Origin: Gammaproteobacteria bacterium
GTDB taxonomy: Bacteria > Pseudomonadota > Gammaproteobacteria > JABDGN01
Reading direction: 5' to 3'
Assembly: GCA_013285995.1 (NCBI GenBank)
Contig: JABDGN010000006.1
Coordinates: forward strand, 1-51,896
DNA length: 51,896 nt
The notes below the pieces were generated by a model. It was not told the DNA's origin. It worked only from the letters and a program-made list of their open reading frames with translations, and ran no database searches. The position numbers and the translations under genes are program-made. Below are positions 18,360 through 26,556 of the stretch, one piece after another (the first letter of the stretch is position 1; each line of letters begins with the position of its first letter).

Positions 18360-20393
18360 ATGCTGAAGTCTTTTGATTTCGCACAGCTAATAGACCACTT
18401 CAGCTTGTTTACAAAATTGAGCGGCTCCCCTCTCATTCTTTTAGACAAAAACTTACATATTAAAGCCATTACCGCTAATGCCAGCAGTATTTTTAAATGG
18501 CAGTCTGCTCAAGTCCTTAACCAAAATTTTTCTTTTTTGTGTGAAAAATATCAAATTGACTTTCCGCTTCCCTTTACTCATCCTGATTCTGAAAGTGTAG
18601 CCGAAGTTTCAGATTTTACCGAAATACAAACAACTATTTATGATCAAAAATTACTTTGGCGGATAGGATTTATTAGAAATCAGGGGTTATTAGAGGGGAT
18701 ACTGCTAACTACCCCCGATGAAGTATTTAATTTTACACCTCAGACAACGAAGCAACTGCCTGCTAGTCAAGAATATCAGGAGTATTTAGAAAATATTTTA
18801 GAAAATTTACCCGGGGTCGTTTTTTGGAAAGATATACAAGGAGTATTTTGTGGTTGTAATAACGAATTAGTTAGGTTTTTCAAGTGTAAATCGGCAGCGG
18901 ACATTATTGGTAAAACAGATCGAGACTTTTTTAGTGAAGAGATAGCAAAGCAATTTCTTGAGGATGATAGAAAAGTAATAAAAGCTGGAAAAATGCTGCA
19001 ATTTGATGATGTCATTACTGCTCATGATGGTACGCGGAGCGTATATTTAACAAATAAAATTCCCTTGCGCGATAAAAGAGGAAAAATAATTGGGGTATTA
19101 GCAATCGGTACTAATATTACTGAGCGGAAAAATTTAGAAAATATTCTGCGGCTTGCCAAAGAAGATATAGAAATAGAAAGTGCAGAAAAATTTAAATTTA
19201 TCGCTAAACTAACTGAGGAAGTCACAGGTCAGAAAGTTAACGACCATAAAACTATTGAGCAATGTATTTTACAAATCAGAAATTATTTGGAAAATATTAT
19301 TGCTAATATGCCGGGTGCTGTTTATTGGAAAAATAGAAATGGAGTTTTTTTAGGATGTAATGATAATTTAGCAAAGCTTTTTCAGCTTAATTCGCGCCGC
19401 GATGTTATAGGAAAAAGAGACGCTGACTTTATGCCTCCCGAAGATGTAGAAATGATGCGGCGTAATGATTGGCAAGTAATGGATTCGGGAAAGGCAGAAA
19501 GTATGGAAGAAACAGCTGTTATGGCAGATAACATAAAGCATACTTATTTGACTAACAAAGTTCCACTCTACGATGATGCGCACAAAGAAGTGGTGGCAGT
19601 ATTAGGTATTTCGCTTGATATCACCGATCAGAAAAAAGCCGAAATCCTCGAAAAAGAAAAAGCCATCGCTGAAAAAAATGCGGAGGTGATGCAGACTCTG
19701 GCGGGGTCTATTGCACATGAATTGCGAACGCCACTATCGGTGGTGAGTATTAATTTAGATCGCTTACAATTGCAACGTGGAAAATTGGACTTTAAAGACC
19801 AAGAGGAAGCTGCAGCATCATTTGATAAATATTTTCACGATACGAAAGGGGCGCTAAAAGAAACGGCACAGATGATTGATATGTTGCTAGTGAAAATAAA
19901 AAGCGTGGCTTCGGAAACAGTGGATACCTCGCATTTTACGCCCTGCTCAATGTTTGCCAGCATTCAAGATCTTTTAGAACGCTACCCTTTTAAACCCAGC
20001 GAACAAAATATTGTTATTTGGCAGCCGAACAAAGAGCAAGATTTTACTTATCAGGGCGATATTATTTTAACGCGGCATGTGTTGTACAATTTAATTAAAA
20101 ATGCGCTGCGAGCTTTAAAAGAAGGCGATGGCGGTAACATTACAATTCGTTTGAATCAACACGAAAAACAGGTTAATCAGTTAATTTTCCGCGATACTGG
20201 CCCGGGTATCCCAGCCGAATTTTTGCCGAAAATTTTTAATAAGTTTGAGAGTAGCAATCCTATCACCAGTGGTTCAGGTTTGGGTTTGGTATTTTGTCAA
20301 ATTGTGATGCAGGGTTATGGCGGCGATATTACTTGTCGCTCGGAGTTGGGGAAGTATACCGAATTTATTCTGCATTTTCCAAAGGTACAATAG
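18360..20393 (+). CDS. Cytoplasmic multi-PAS sensor histidine kinase
   Basis: Duplicated PAS motif (LENI..N.PG.V.WK..G.F.GCN), H-box IAHELRTP, NLIKNA, DTGPGI, GSGLGL. Confidence 0.92.
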   Translation: MLKSFDFAQLIDHFSLFTKLSGSPLILLDKNLHIKAITANASSIFKWQSAQVLNQNFSFLCEKYQIDFPLPFTHPDSESVAEVSDFTEIQTTIYDQKLLWRIGFIRNQGLLEGILLTTPDEVFNFTPQTTKQLPASQEYQEYLENILENLPGVVFWKDIQGVFCGCNNELVRFFKCKSAADIIGKTDRDFFSEEIAKQFLEDDRKVIKAGKMLQFDDVITAHDGTRSVYLTNKIPLRDKRGKIIGVLAIGTNITERKNLENILRLAKEDIEIESAEKFKFIAKLTEEVTGQKVNDHKTIEQCILQIRNYLENIIANMPGAVYWKNRNGVFLGCNDNLAKLFQLNSRRDVIGKRDADFMPPEDVEMMRRNDWQVMDSGKAESMEETAVMADNIKHTYLTNKVPLYDDAHKEVVAVLGISLDITDQKKAEILEKEKAIAEKNAEVMQTLAGSIAHELRTPLSVVSINLDRLQLQRGKLDFKDQEEAAASFDKYFHDTKGALKETAQMIDMLLVKIKSVASETVDTSHFTPCSMFASIQDLLERYPFKPSEQNIVIWQPNKEQDFTYQGDIILTRHVLYNLIKNALRALKEGDGGNITIRLNQHEKQVNQLIFRDTGPGIPAEFLPKIFNKFESSNPITSGSGLGLVFCQIVMQGYGGDITCRSELGKYTEFILHFPKVQ

Positions 20394-20394
20394 G

Positions 20395-20640
20395 ATGAAC
20401 GAACTTCCTAATATAATCGGTATTATCGGCGTTGCGATGATTTTAAGCGGCTATTTTTTCTCTCAAACGCATGATAAGTTTACTAAGACAATTTATTATT
20501 CTTCACTCAATTTGCTGGGTGCTATACTGATTTTATTTTCTCTGTTTTATCATTGGAATCTGGCATCCGTTATCATTGAGATTTTTTGGATCCTGATTAG
20601 CTGTCTGGGGATCATAAGATTTATTAAAAGAAGAAAATAG
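20395..20640 (+). CDS. CBU_0592-family small membrane protein
   Basis: IIGIIGV..YFFSQ..YSSLNLLGAILILFSL..WNLASVIIEIFW; ATG at 20395. Confidence 0.75.
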   Translation: MNELPNIIGIIGVAMILSGYFFSQTHDKFTKTIYYSSLNLLGAILILFSLFYHWNLASVIIEIFWILISCLGIIRFIKRRK

Positions 20641-20643
20641 AAG

Positions 20644-21780
20644 TCAGCAAATAAAATCCAGATAATTTTCTGGATGAATAATTTGATAATCCGCTTCTGG
20701 ATACAATTCTCGCCATTGACTCGGCGCTTTGGTTTTTGCTTTTGGATTCCATTTGAATTCATATGCCGTTAGTTTGCCATCGCGATTTTCTACCCAATCA
20801 ATTTCTTGCTGAGAATAGCTGCGCCAAAAATAATTTTGTGTGTAGAGGTCTAAATAGCTTTGTTTTTTCAGGCGTTCAACGACTAAATAATTTTCCCACA
20901 ATTCGCCCACATCTTGTCTGAATTGCAATTCGTTAAACTGGTTGATGAGTGCATTGCGAATGCCGGTATCATAAAAATAATAATGCTGCGATTTACTGAT
21001 TTCTTTGCGTGGGTTGCGGCTGAAAGCTGCAAGTGGGATCAAGACAAAGGCTTTTTCTAATAAATTAATGTAGCGGGCAACCGTATCTTTGCTCATGCCT
21101 AATTGGGTGCCTAATTCCGACAGCGACACTGCTTTACCGATTTGGAAAGCCAATAGTTGCAATAATTTTTCTAATTGTTGCGTTTTGCGAATGCCATCCA
21201 ATAATAAAATATCTTTGTACAAATAATCGCGGGTTAATTCTTGCAGATAAGTGCGTTTGTCGCTTACTTTTTCTTGTAGAACTACTTCCGGATATGAACC
21301 ATAAATTAAGCGTTGTGCTAAATTAGTTTTGGTCTCTTGCGGTGTTTCGATGGCTTGCAGTTCAAGTTGCGCCAAGGGAAATAATTGCCAACTGATTTTG
21401 CGTCCGGTGAGTGGTTCACCCATTTGGTTTGCTAAATCAAATGCCGAAGATCCGGTCACAATAATTTTTAACTCTGGAAAATGATCCACCAGCAATTTTA
21501 AATTGGCAGCAATATTTTTTATTTTTTGTGCTTCGTCGATCACCAACCATTCGTAACCTGCTACAAACTGAGTTAATTTGCTGAGCGATTCGCTGCTCAA
21601 ATAATCGTGAATATCTTTGTCATCGCCGGAAATAAATAGATAATTTTCACAGCCTGCTAAAAAATGCTTTAGCAAAGTTGTTTTACCAGACCGACGTGGA
21701 CCATAGAGAACTAGAACTTTTCCTTTAAAATCAAGGGAATTAAGCTGTTCGAGGCGATGTTGATAAACGTAGTTTGCCAT
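20644..21780 (-). CDS. AAA_14 + DUF4143 ATP-binding protein
   Basis: GPRRSGKT, IDEAQ, TGSS, LTGR, YGSYP, YFYDTGIRN, WENY, EIDWV..EFKW. Confidence 0.9.
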   Translation of the reverse strand: MANYVYQHRLEQLNSLDFKGKVLVLYGPRRSGKTTLLKHFLAGCENYLFISGDDKDIHDYLSSESLSKLTQFVAGYEWLVIDEAQKIKNIAANLKLLVDHFPELKIIVTGSSAFDLANQMGEPLTGRKISWQLFPLAQLELQAIETPQETKTNLAQRLIYGSYPEVVLQEKVSDKRTYLQELTRDYLYKDILLLDGIRKTQQLEKLLQLLAFQIGKAVSLSELGTQLGMSKDTVARYINLLEKAFVLIPLAAFSRNPRKEISKSQHYYFYDTGIRNALINQFNELQFRQDVGELWENYLVVERLKKQSYLDLYTQNYFWRSYSQQEIDWVENRDGKLTAYEFKWNPKAKTKAPSQWRELYPEADYQIIHPENYLDFIC

Positions 21781-21792
21781 GGTAATTAGCCA

Positions 21793-21876
21793 AATTTATA
21801 TTAATTCAGCTAATATAATAGCATAATTTTTATAAATCTGGCTAGTATATTAGCTGAATTTATATAAATTCAGCTA
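21793..21876. promoter_or_regulatory. Long inverted repeats, putative operator upstream of the AAA/DUF4143 gene
   Basis: About 30-bp imperfect arms at 21793-21822 and 21841-21870; perfect palindrome tagctgaatttatataaattcagcta at 21851-21876. Confidence 0.6.
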
Positions 21877-21914
21877 GTTTAACTACTTTGGTTTTGAAGA
21901 GTCCTAGAAAATGT

Positions 21915-21976
21915 GTCGGCTGGTTCGTTTCGTTTAATGCGGGCGGGTCAAGCCCCGCCCCTACAAGCCGACCTAC
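21915..21976 (-). repeat. Nested GTAG REPs (GTAGGGGCGG type inside GTAGGTCGGC type)
   Basis: Minus strand: gtaggtcggctt[gtaggggcggggcttgacccgccc]..agccgac. Confidence 0.8.
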
Positions 21977-22626
21977 TCCACTAAGCGACCCGCTTCAATT
22001 TTGATTATTCGATACGGCAAAGTTTTGATAAGTTCAATGTCGTGCGTGGCAATCAGCACCGTGGTACCGACTTGATTGAATTCAGTAAAGAGTTGAATAA
22101 TTTCGCGGGCGAGATCCGGGTCTAAATTGCCGGTTGGTTCATCAGCTAATAATAAATCAGGTTTGTTGACGATAGCACGGGCGAGGGCAATGCGTTGTTG
22201 CTCACCGGTGGAAAGTTCTTCCGCTAAAAAATTTCCTTTGCTTAATAGCCGTACTTTGTCTAAAGCAGCGTGCACGCGTTTTTTGGTTTCTGTTTTATTA
22301 AAGCCCGCGATGATGAGCGGCAATGAAACATTTTCAAAAGCAGTTTTATCCGGCAATAAATGGGGGTTTTGTAACACGATGCCAACGCGTTGGCGAAAGG
22401 CGGGGAGGGCTTTTCTCTTAATCGTCATTAAGTCGACGCCATTGACTTCCGCTTGTCCACGGGTGGCCTTTTCGAGTGAACCGGCAATGTTTAAAAAGGT
22501 ACTTTTTCCCGCACCGGAATGACCGGTTAAAAAGGTCATTTCACCTTTCTTCAAATGAAAGTGAATACGAATCAAAGCTTCGTGGCCGTTGGGATATTTT
22601 TTGTAGAGGTTGGTGAATTTGATCAT
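21973..22626 (-). CDS. ftsE: Cell division ATP-binding protein FtsE
   Basis: FLTGHSGAGKST, LSTGEQQR, LADEPTGNLDP; directly downstream of ftsY. Confidence 0.92.
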   Translation of the reverse strand: MIKFTNLYKKYPNGHEALIRIHFHLKKGEMTFLTGHSGAGKSTFLNIAGSLEKATRGQAEVNGVDLMTIKRKALPAFRQRVGIVLQNPHLLPDKTAFENVSLPLIIAGFNKTETKKRVHAALDKVRLLSKGNFLAEELSTGEQQRIALARAIVNKPDLLLADEPTGNLDPDLAREIIQLFTEFNQVGTTVLIATHDIELIKTLPYRIIKIEAGRLVE

Positions 22627-22640
22627 AAGTTTAGTTGCTT

Positions 22641-22668
22641 CGTCATTCCCGCGCAAGCGGGAATCCAG
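22641..22668 (+). repeat. CGTC-family REP
   Basis: cgtcattcccgcgcaagcgggaatccag. Confidence 0.85.
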
Positions 22669-22720
22669 CGTAAAATAAAGTTTTCTTCAATTTTAATTCC
22701 AATTGACGTGAAAATTATTT

Positions 22721-23650
22721 TTAATTTGCATCAAACATCGCGCTCACAAAATCTTCTGCCTTAAACACTTGCAAATCATCGATCGCCTCGCCCACACCAA
22801 CAAAGCGGATCGGCAATTTATTTTGTGCAGCCAGCGCAAATAACACACCGCCTTTTGCGGTGCCATCTAATTTAGTGATCGCAAGACCCGTTAAACCAAT
22901 CGCAGCATCAAATTGTTTTACTTGTTGCAGCGCATTTTGTCCGATGCCGCCATCGAGCACTAATAAAATTTCATGCGGTGCTGAAGGATCAGCTTTTTTA
23001 ATCACGCGGACCACTTTTTGCAATTCGGCCATTAAATTATCTTGCGTGTGTAAACGGCCAGCGGTATCAGCGAGTAACACATCAATATTGCGCGCGCGTG
23101 CAGCCGACATCGCATCAAAAATCACTGCCGCGGGATCCGCTCCTGCTTGTTGTGCAATCACCGACACTTTATTGCGCTCACCCCAGGCCTGTAATTGCTC
23201 GACGGCTGCCGCGCGAAACGTATCGCCCGCAGCAAGCATGACGCTTTTGCCTTCCTCTTGCCAATGCTTGGCTAATTTACCGAGTGTAGTGGTTTTACCT
23301 GCGCCATTGATGCCAACCATTAAAATCACGAAGGGTTTTTTATTGGTATCAATTATTAAAGGCTGTTCATGCGGCGTTAAAATTTGTATTAGTTGGCGAC
23401 GTAAGCCTTGCAGGAGTTGTTCGGAATCGTTTAATTCAGCACGCTTTGTACCAGCCGCTAAATTTTCCATGATTTTTTGCGTCGTTGCAGTGCCGACATC
23501 CGCAGCCAATAAATGTGTCTCTAGTTCTTCGAGTAGTTCAGCATCAATTTGCTTTTTACCGCGCAATAAATCACTTAGGCCGCCGAATAATTGTTGGCGA
23601 GTGCGGCTTAAGCCTTGTTTTAAGCGTTGGAAAAGGGAGGTAACGGGCAT
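22721..23650 (-). CDS. ftsY: SRP receptor FtsY (NG domain only)
   Basis: GINGAGKTTT, AGDTFRAAA, DTAGRL, TKLDGTAKGG; ATG at 23650. Confidence 0.97.
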   Translation of the reverse strand: MPVTSLFQRLKQGLSRTRQQLFGGLSDLLRGKKQIDAELLEELETHLLAADVGTATTQKIMENLAAGTKRAELNDSEQLLQGLRRQLIQILTPHEQPLIIDTNKKPFVILMVGINGAGKTTTLGKLAKHWQEEGKSVMLAAGDTFRAAAVEQLQAWGERNKVSVIAQQAGADPAAVIFDAMSAARARNIDVLLADTAGRLHTQDNLMAELQKVVRVIKKADPSAPHEILLVLDGGIGQNALQQVKQFDAAIGLTGLAITKLDGTAKGGVLFALAAQNKLPIRFVGVGEAIDDLQVFKAEDFVSAMFDAN

Positions 23651-23671
23651 AGATAATGAATTATAAATTTT

Positions 23672-23766
23672 AAATCCCCCCTGCCCCCCTTTTCCAAAGG
23701 GGGGATCTTGCAATTAAACTTCTGCTCTGATTTCCCCCTTTGAAAAAGGGGGATTAAGGGGGATTT
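23672..23766. repeat. Palindromic repeat family A doublet
   Basis: aaatcccccctgccccccttttccaaagggggg..ttccccctttgaaaaagggggattaagggggattt. Confidence 0.9.
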
Positions 23767-23803
23767 TTTAGGTTAAAATTTCGATTTAGTATACCATATC
23801 TCT

Positions 23804-24370
23804 ATGACCCTTAAACCCAACCAATTTCGCATCATTGCTGGCCGCTGGCGTTCACGTCGCTTTGCGATTGCAGATCATGCGGCCGTCCGACCCTCGCCTG
23901 AGCGCGTGCGCGAAACTTTATTTAATTGGTTGATGCATGATATCCATGGTGCTGTTTGTTTAGATGCCTTTGCTGGCACTGGTGCATTGGGTTTGGAAGC
24001 GCTGTCACGTGGCGCACAAAAAGTGTATTTTGTGGAACAAGAAAAAACCGTATTCGATGTGTTGCGGGAACATGTGAAGCAACTTGCAGTAGAAAATGCG
24101 ATGCTCTGTCACGCCAGCATGCCGCAAGTTTTAAGTCAATTTTCTGAAAAATTTTCTATCGTGTTTTTAGATCCACCGTTTAAGAAAAATTTAGTTTTAC
24201 CTTTGCTCGAAGCTTTGCAAAAAAATAATTGTTTGCAGGAGAAAGCATTGGTGTATGTTGAGACGGAAGCGGAACTTGATTTGCTTTCAGTGCTGAGCGA
24301 GGATTGGGAAATACTTAAGTCCAGTAAAGCAGGACAAGTTAAATTTTATTTGTTGCAGATTACCAATTAA
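23804..24370 (+). CDS. rsmD: 16S rRNA m2G966 methyltransferase RsmD
   Basis: RIIAGRWR, RVRETLFNWL, LDAFAGTGALGLEALSRGA, FLDPPF; divergent from ftsY. Confidence 0.95.
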   Translation: MTLKPNQFRIIAGRWRSRRFAIADHAAVRPSPERVRETLFNWLMHDIHGAVCLDAFAGTGALGLEALSRGAQKVYFVEQEKTVFDVLREHVKQLAVENAMLCHASMPQVLSQFSEKFSIVFLDPPFKKNLVLPLLEALQKNNCLQEKALVYVETEAELDLLSVLSEDWEILKSSKAGQVKFYLLQITN

Positions 24371-24383
24371 TTTCCTAATGATT

Positions 24384-24499
24384 CGTCATCCCCGTGAAAT
24401 GTAGGTCGGCTTCGAAGCATGCTTTAGCATGCGCACAAGCCGACGCCCAATGTCGGCTTACGCACTTCGCTTGATGCGAAGCGCGGGAAGCCGACCTAC
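24384..24499. repeat. Truncated CGTC REP followed by a GTAG REPIN doublet
   Basis: cgtcatccccgtgaa, then gtaggtcggc..agccgac..gtcggct..agccgacctac (24401-24499). Confidence 0.85.
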
Positions 24500-25146
24500 A
24501 CTATGTAAACATCAAACCGAATCACTTTCGTTTCAATCACATGGGAAGGTTTTAATTCCGTGATAGTAGGCGAATGACGGTGACGTTTCACCACCACTCG
24601 CTTTTTTGCTTGTTGCATGGCGGCTTGAAATAATTCAGTTGTATCATTATCAAAACCCACCAGTTCCCGCAATGACTGCATCTCTTGTTTTACTAACGCG
24701 GTTTTACGGCTCGGTGGATACATTGGGTCGAGATAAATGACATCGGGCTTTTGTTCAGTGGGTAAATGTTGCAGATAAGCAATGCTATCGGTTTGAATCA
24801 GCTGCATGCGCGCGATAATGGGTGCGAGATGAGGCTCTTGCTGCGCTTCAAGCAAAGCCTGTTGCAAATTAGCAGCCACTTGCGGCACGCGTTCTAATAA
24901 GGTGATAGAGCAGCCAAGCGAAGCTAATAAAAACGCGTCGCGACCTAAACCAGCGGTAGCATCGATAATAGAAGGGAAGTGATCTTTTTTAACGCCGATG
25001 GCGCGGGCGAGTGGGTCGCGCAGACTAAAACCTTGGCGGTGGCGGTGGGCGAATTTACTGGATGTGAAGTTAAATATTGTAGGGGCGGGTCGCGACCCGC
25101 CCGCGGGCCGTTCACGAACGGCCCCTACATCTATTTTTTTAAGCAA
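24496..25146 (-). CDS. rsmJ: 16S rRNA m2G1516 methyltransferase RsmJ (start uncertain)
   Basis: IDATAGLGRDAF, DVIYLDPMYP, KRVVVKR, RFDVY. Confidence 0.88.
   Translation of the reverse strand: MLKKIDVGAVRERPAGGSRPAPTIFNFTSSKFAHRHRQGFSLRDPLARAIGVKKDHFPSIIDATAGLGRDAFLLASLGCSITLLERVPQVAANLQQALLEAQQEPHLAPIIARMQLIQTDSIAYLQHLPTEQKPDVIYLDPMYPPSRKTALVKQEMQSLRELVGFDNDTTELFQAAMQQAKKRVVVKRHRHSPTITELKPSHVIETKVIRFDVYIV
25079..25128. repeat. GTAG REPIN doublet within the 5' end of the rsmJ frame
   Basis: gtaggggcgggtcgcgacccgccc-gc-gggccgttcacgaacggcccctac. Confidence 0.85.
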
Positions 25147-25669
25147 AAACCTTCACCACCATCACCACTTTTTCTGCACGGCGCAATAAAGTAGAATCCG
25201 CATTTACCACGATGGCAGCATGCGAAGCTTGCCACACCGGCAAATCCGCGCTGCTATTACCTGCGTAATCATAACGGCCGCGGCCGTAACGCTGATTAAG
25301 CGCAGCGGCTTTGTTAGCTGAACGTAAATTGGTTTTGCCATTACTGGCTAACACTTCATCAAAAATCGGCAAATGCTTGGCGACAGCTAAAGCATATTTT
25401 TCATCGGTCGCACTCACGAGCACTAATTTACGGCCGGTGCTTTTTTCGGCTTTAATCCAGTTTAAAAATGGTTGATTGTAAGGAAAGGTGGCTGGGTCCA
25501 ATGTGACGCGATTAGCAATTTGACGTTTTAAATAGGCGCGCCCACGGGTGAGCCAAAACAGCACTTTTAACAAGCGTAGCGGGCTCTTGCCCACCCAGGG
25601 CCAGAGGGCTAATTGTAAAGTGTCGGCACGGATTAAGGTGCCGTCGAGGTCGATGCAGAGAGGGGTCAT
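25139..25669 (-). CDS. HAD-family hydrolase, similar to the N-terminal domain of HAD-UbiA fusions
   Basis: PLCIDLDGTL, DYAGNSSADLPVW. Confidence 0.8.
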   Translation of the reverse strand: MTPLCIDLDGTLIRADTLQLALWPWVGKSPLRLLKVLFWLTRGRAYLKRQIANRVTLDPATFPYNQPFLNWIKAEKSTGRKLVLVSATDEKYALAVAKHLPIFDEVLASNGKTNLRSANKAAALNQRYGRGRYDYAGNSSADLPVWQASHAAIVVNADSTLLRRAEKVVMVVKVFA

Positions 25670-25671
25670 TT

Positions 25672-25980
25672 TTAAGCAGCCAAAGGTAAAGGATGAATAT
25701 TTTCGAGATCGGTTTTAACGCTATCTTTTTCCATGGTTTGCCACAGATCATATTTCATTTGTAAGTTTAACCAATAAGTGGAACTCATTTTAAATAATTT
25801 ACCTAAACGTAAAGTGGTATCGGGCGTAATGGCGCGTTTACCTTTAATAATTTCATGCACACGCCGACGGGTAACGCGCAACAATTTCGCCAATTTTTGT
25901 TGGCTTAAATCGTGTGGCTCCATAAATTCTTCTTGCAGGATTTCGCCGGGGGTGAAGGGGTGGCGTTGAATTATGTTCAT
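25672..25980 (-). CDS. higA: HigA/VapI-family antitoxin, orphan
   Basis: TPGEILQEEFMEP..LA..EIIKGKRAITPDT.LRL..YWLNLQ.YDL. Confidence 0.88.
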   Translation of the reverse strand: MNIIQRHPFTPGEILQEEFMEPHDLSQQKLAKLLRVTRRRVHEIIKGKRAITPDTTLRLGKLFKMSSTYWLNLQMKYDLWQTMEKDSVKTDLENIHPLPLAA

Positions 25981-26032
25981 GGGATGAACTTTAACACAAT
26001 CTGAGAGTGGGAGACAAACGAGAAATCGTAGT

Positions 26033-26329
26033 TTAGTGGAAAATCGCGATCAAAACACCTAATATCGCTGTGCAGCCAACAATAGCACTGCCTAATTTGA
26101 TAATAATGTCACTACGTATAGTTTGTATTTCAGCCTGCAATTCTGTGCGCACGCTTTTAATTTCATGCTTCAGTTCCAGGCGAACTTGTTCGAGCTGATG
26201 TTGGGTTGCAAAATTATCGTTAATAAATTCGGAATTGGCTTCTGCTAAGGCTTCAGCTTGTTGGCGAACAAAGCCCGCTTTTTCCAGGCGCTTTATGTAA
26301 TGGATAGTGTTGATAGCGGCATGTGACAT
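26033..26329 (-). CDS. DUF1640/CCDC90-like coiled-coil protein with a C-terminal TM helix
   Basis: T..YIKRLEKAGF..QAEA..AT..L..IIKLG. Confidence 0.75.
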   Translation of the reverse strand: MSHAAINTIHYIKRLEKAGFVRQQAEALAEANSEFINDNFATQHQLEQVRLELKHEIKSVRTELQAEIQTIRSDIIIKLGSAIVGCTAILGVLIAIFH

Positions 26330-26429
26330 AATGAGTTCATTATAGCAGAATCAATTTAAAATGCAATAAATTTTATTTATGCATTTGACATGGATGCCTT
26401 ACTAGTTTAATATTTGTGCAATTTAAAAA

Positions 26430-26539
26430 GTAGGTCGGCTTACGAGAGTTTCGCGATTAGCGAAACGACCAAGCCGACGCCAAACGTGGTGTCGGCTTGG
26501 TCGCTTAGGCGGAGCCTAAGCTCTCGTAAACCGACCTAC
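26430..26539. repeat. GTAG REPIN doublet with internal sub-hairpins
   Basis: gtaggtcggcttacgagag..aagccgac..gtcggcttggtcg..ctctcgtaaaccgacctac. Confidence 0.88.
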
Positions 26540-26556
26540 AACAAAAACTAAACCCC

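Noticed and set aside
22860-23666. 268-aa plus-strand ORF
   Set aside because: Antisense shadow of ftsY; the same applies to the short ORFs opposite glmS, tkt, gap and pgk
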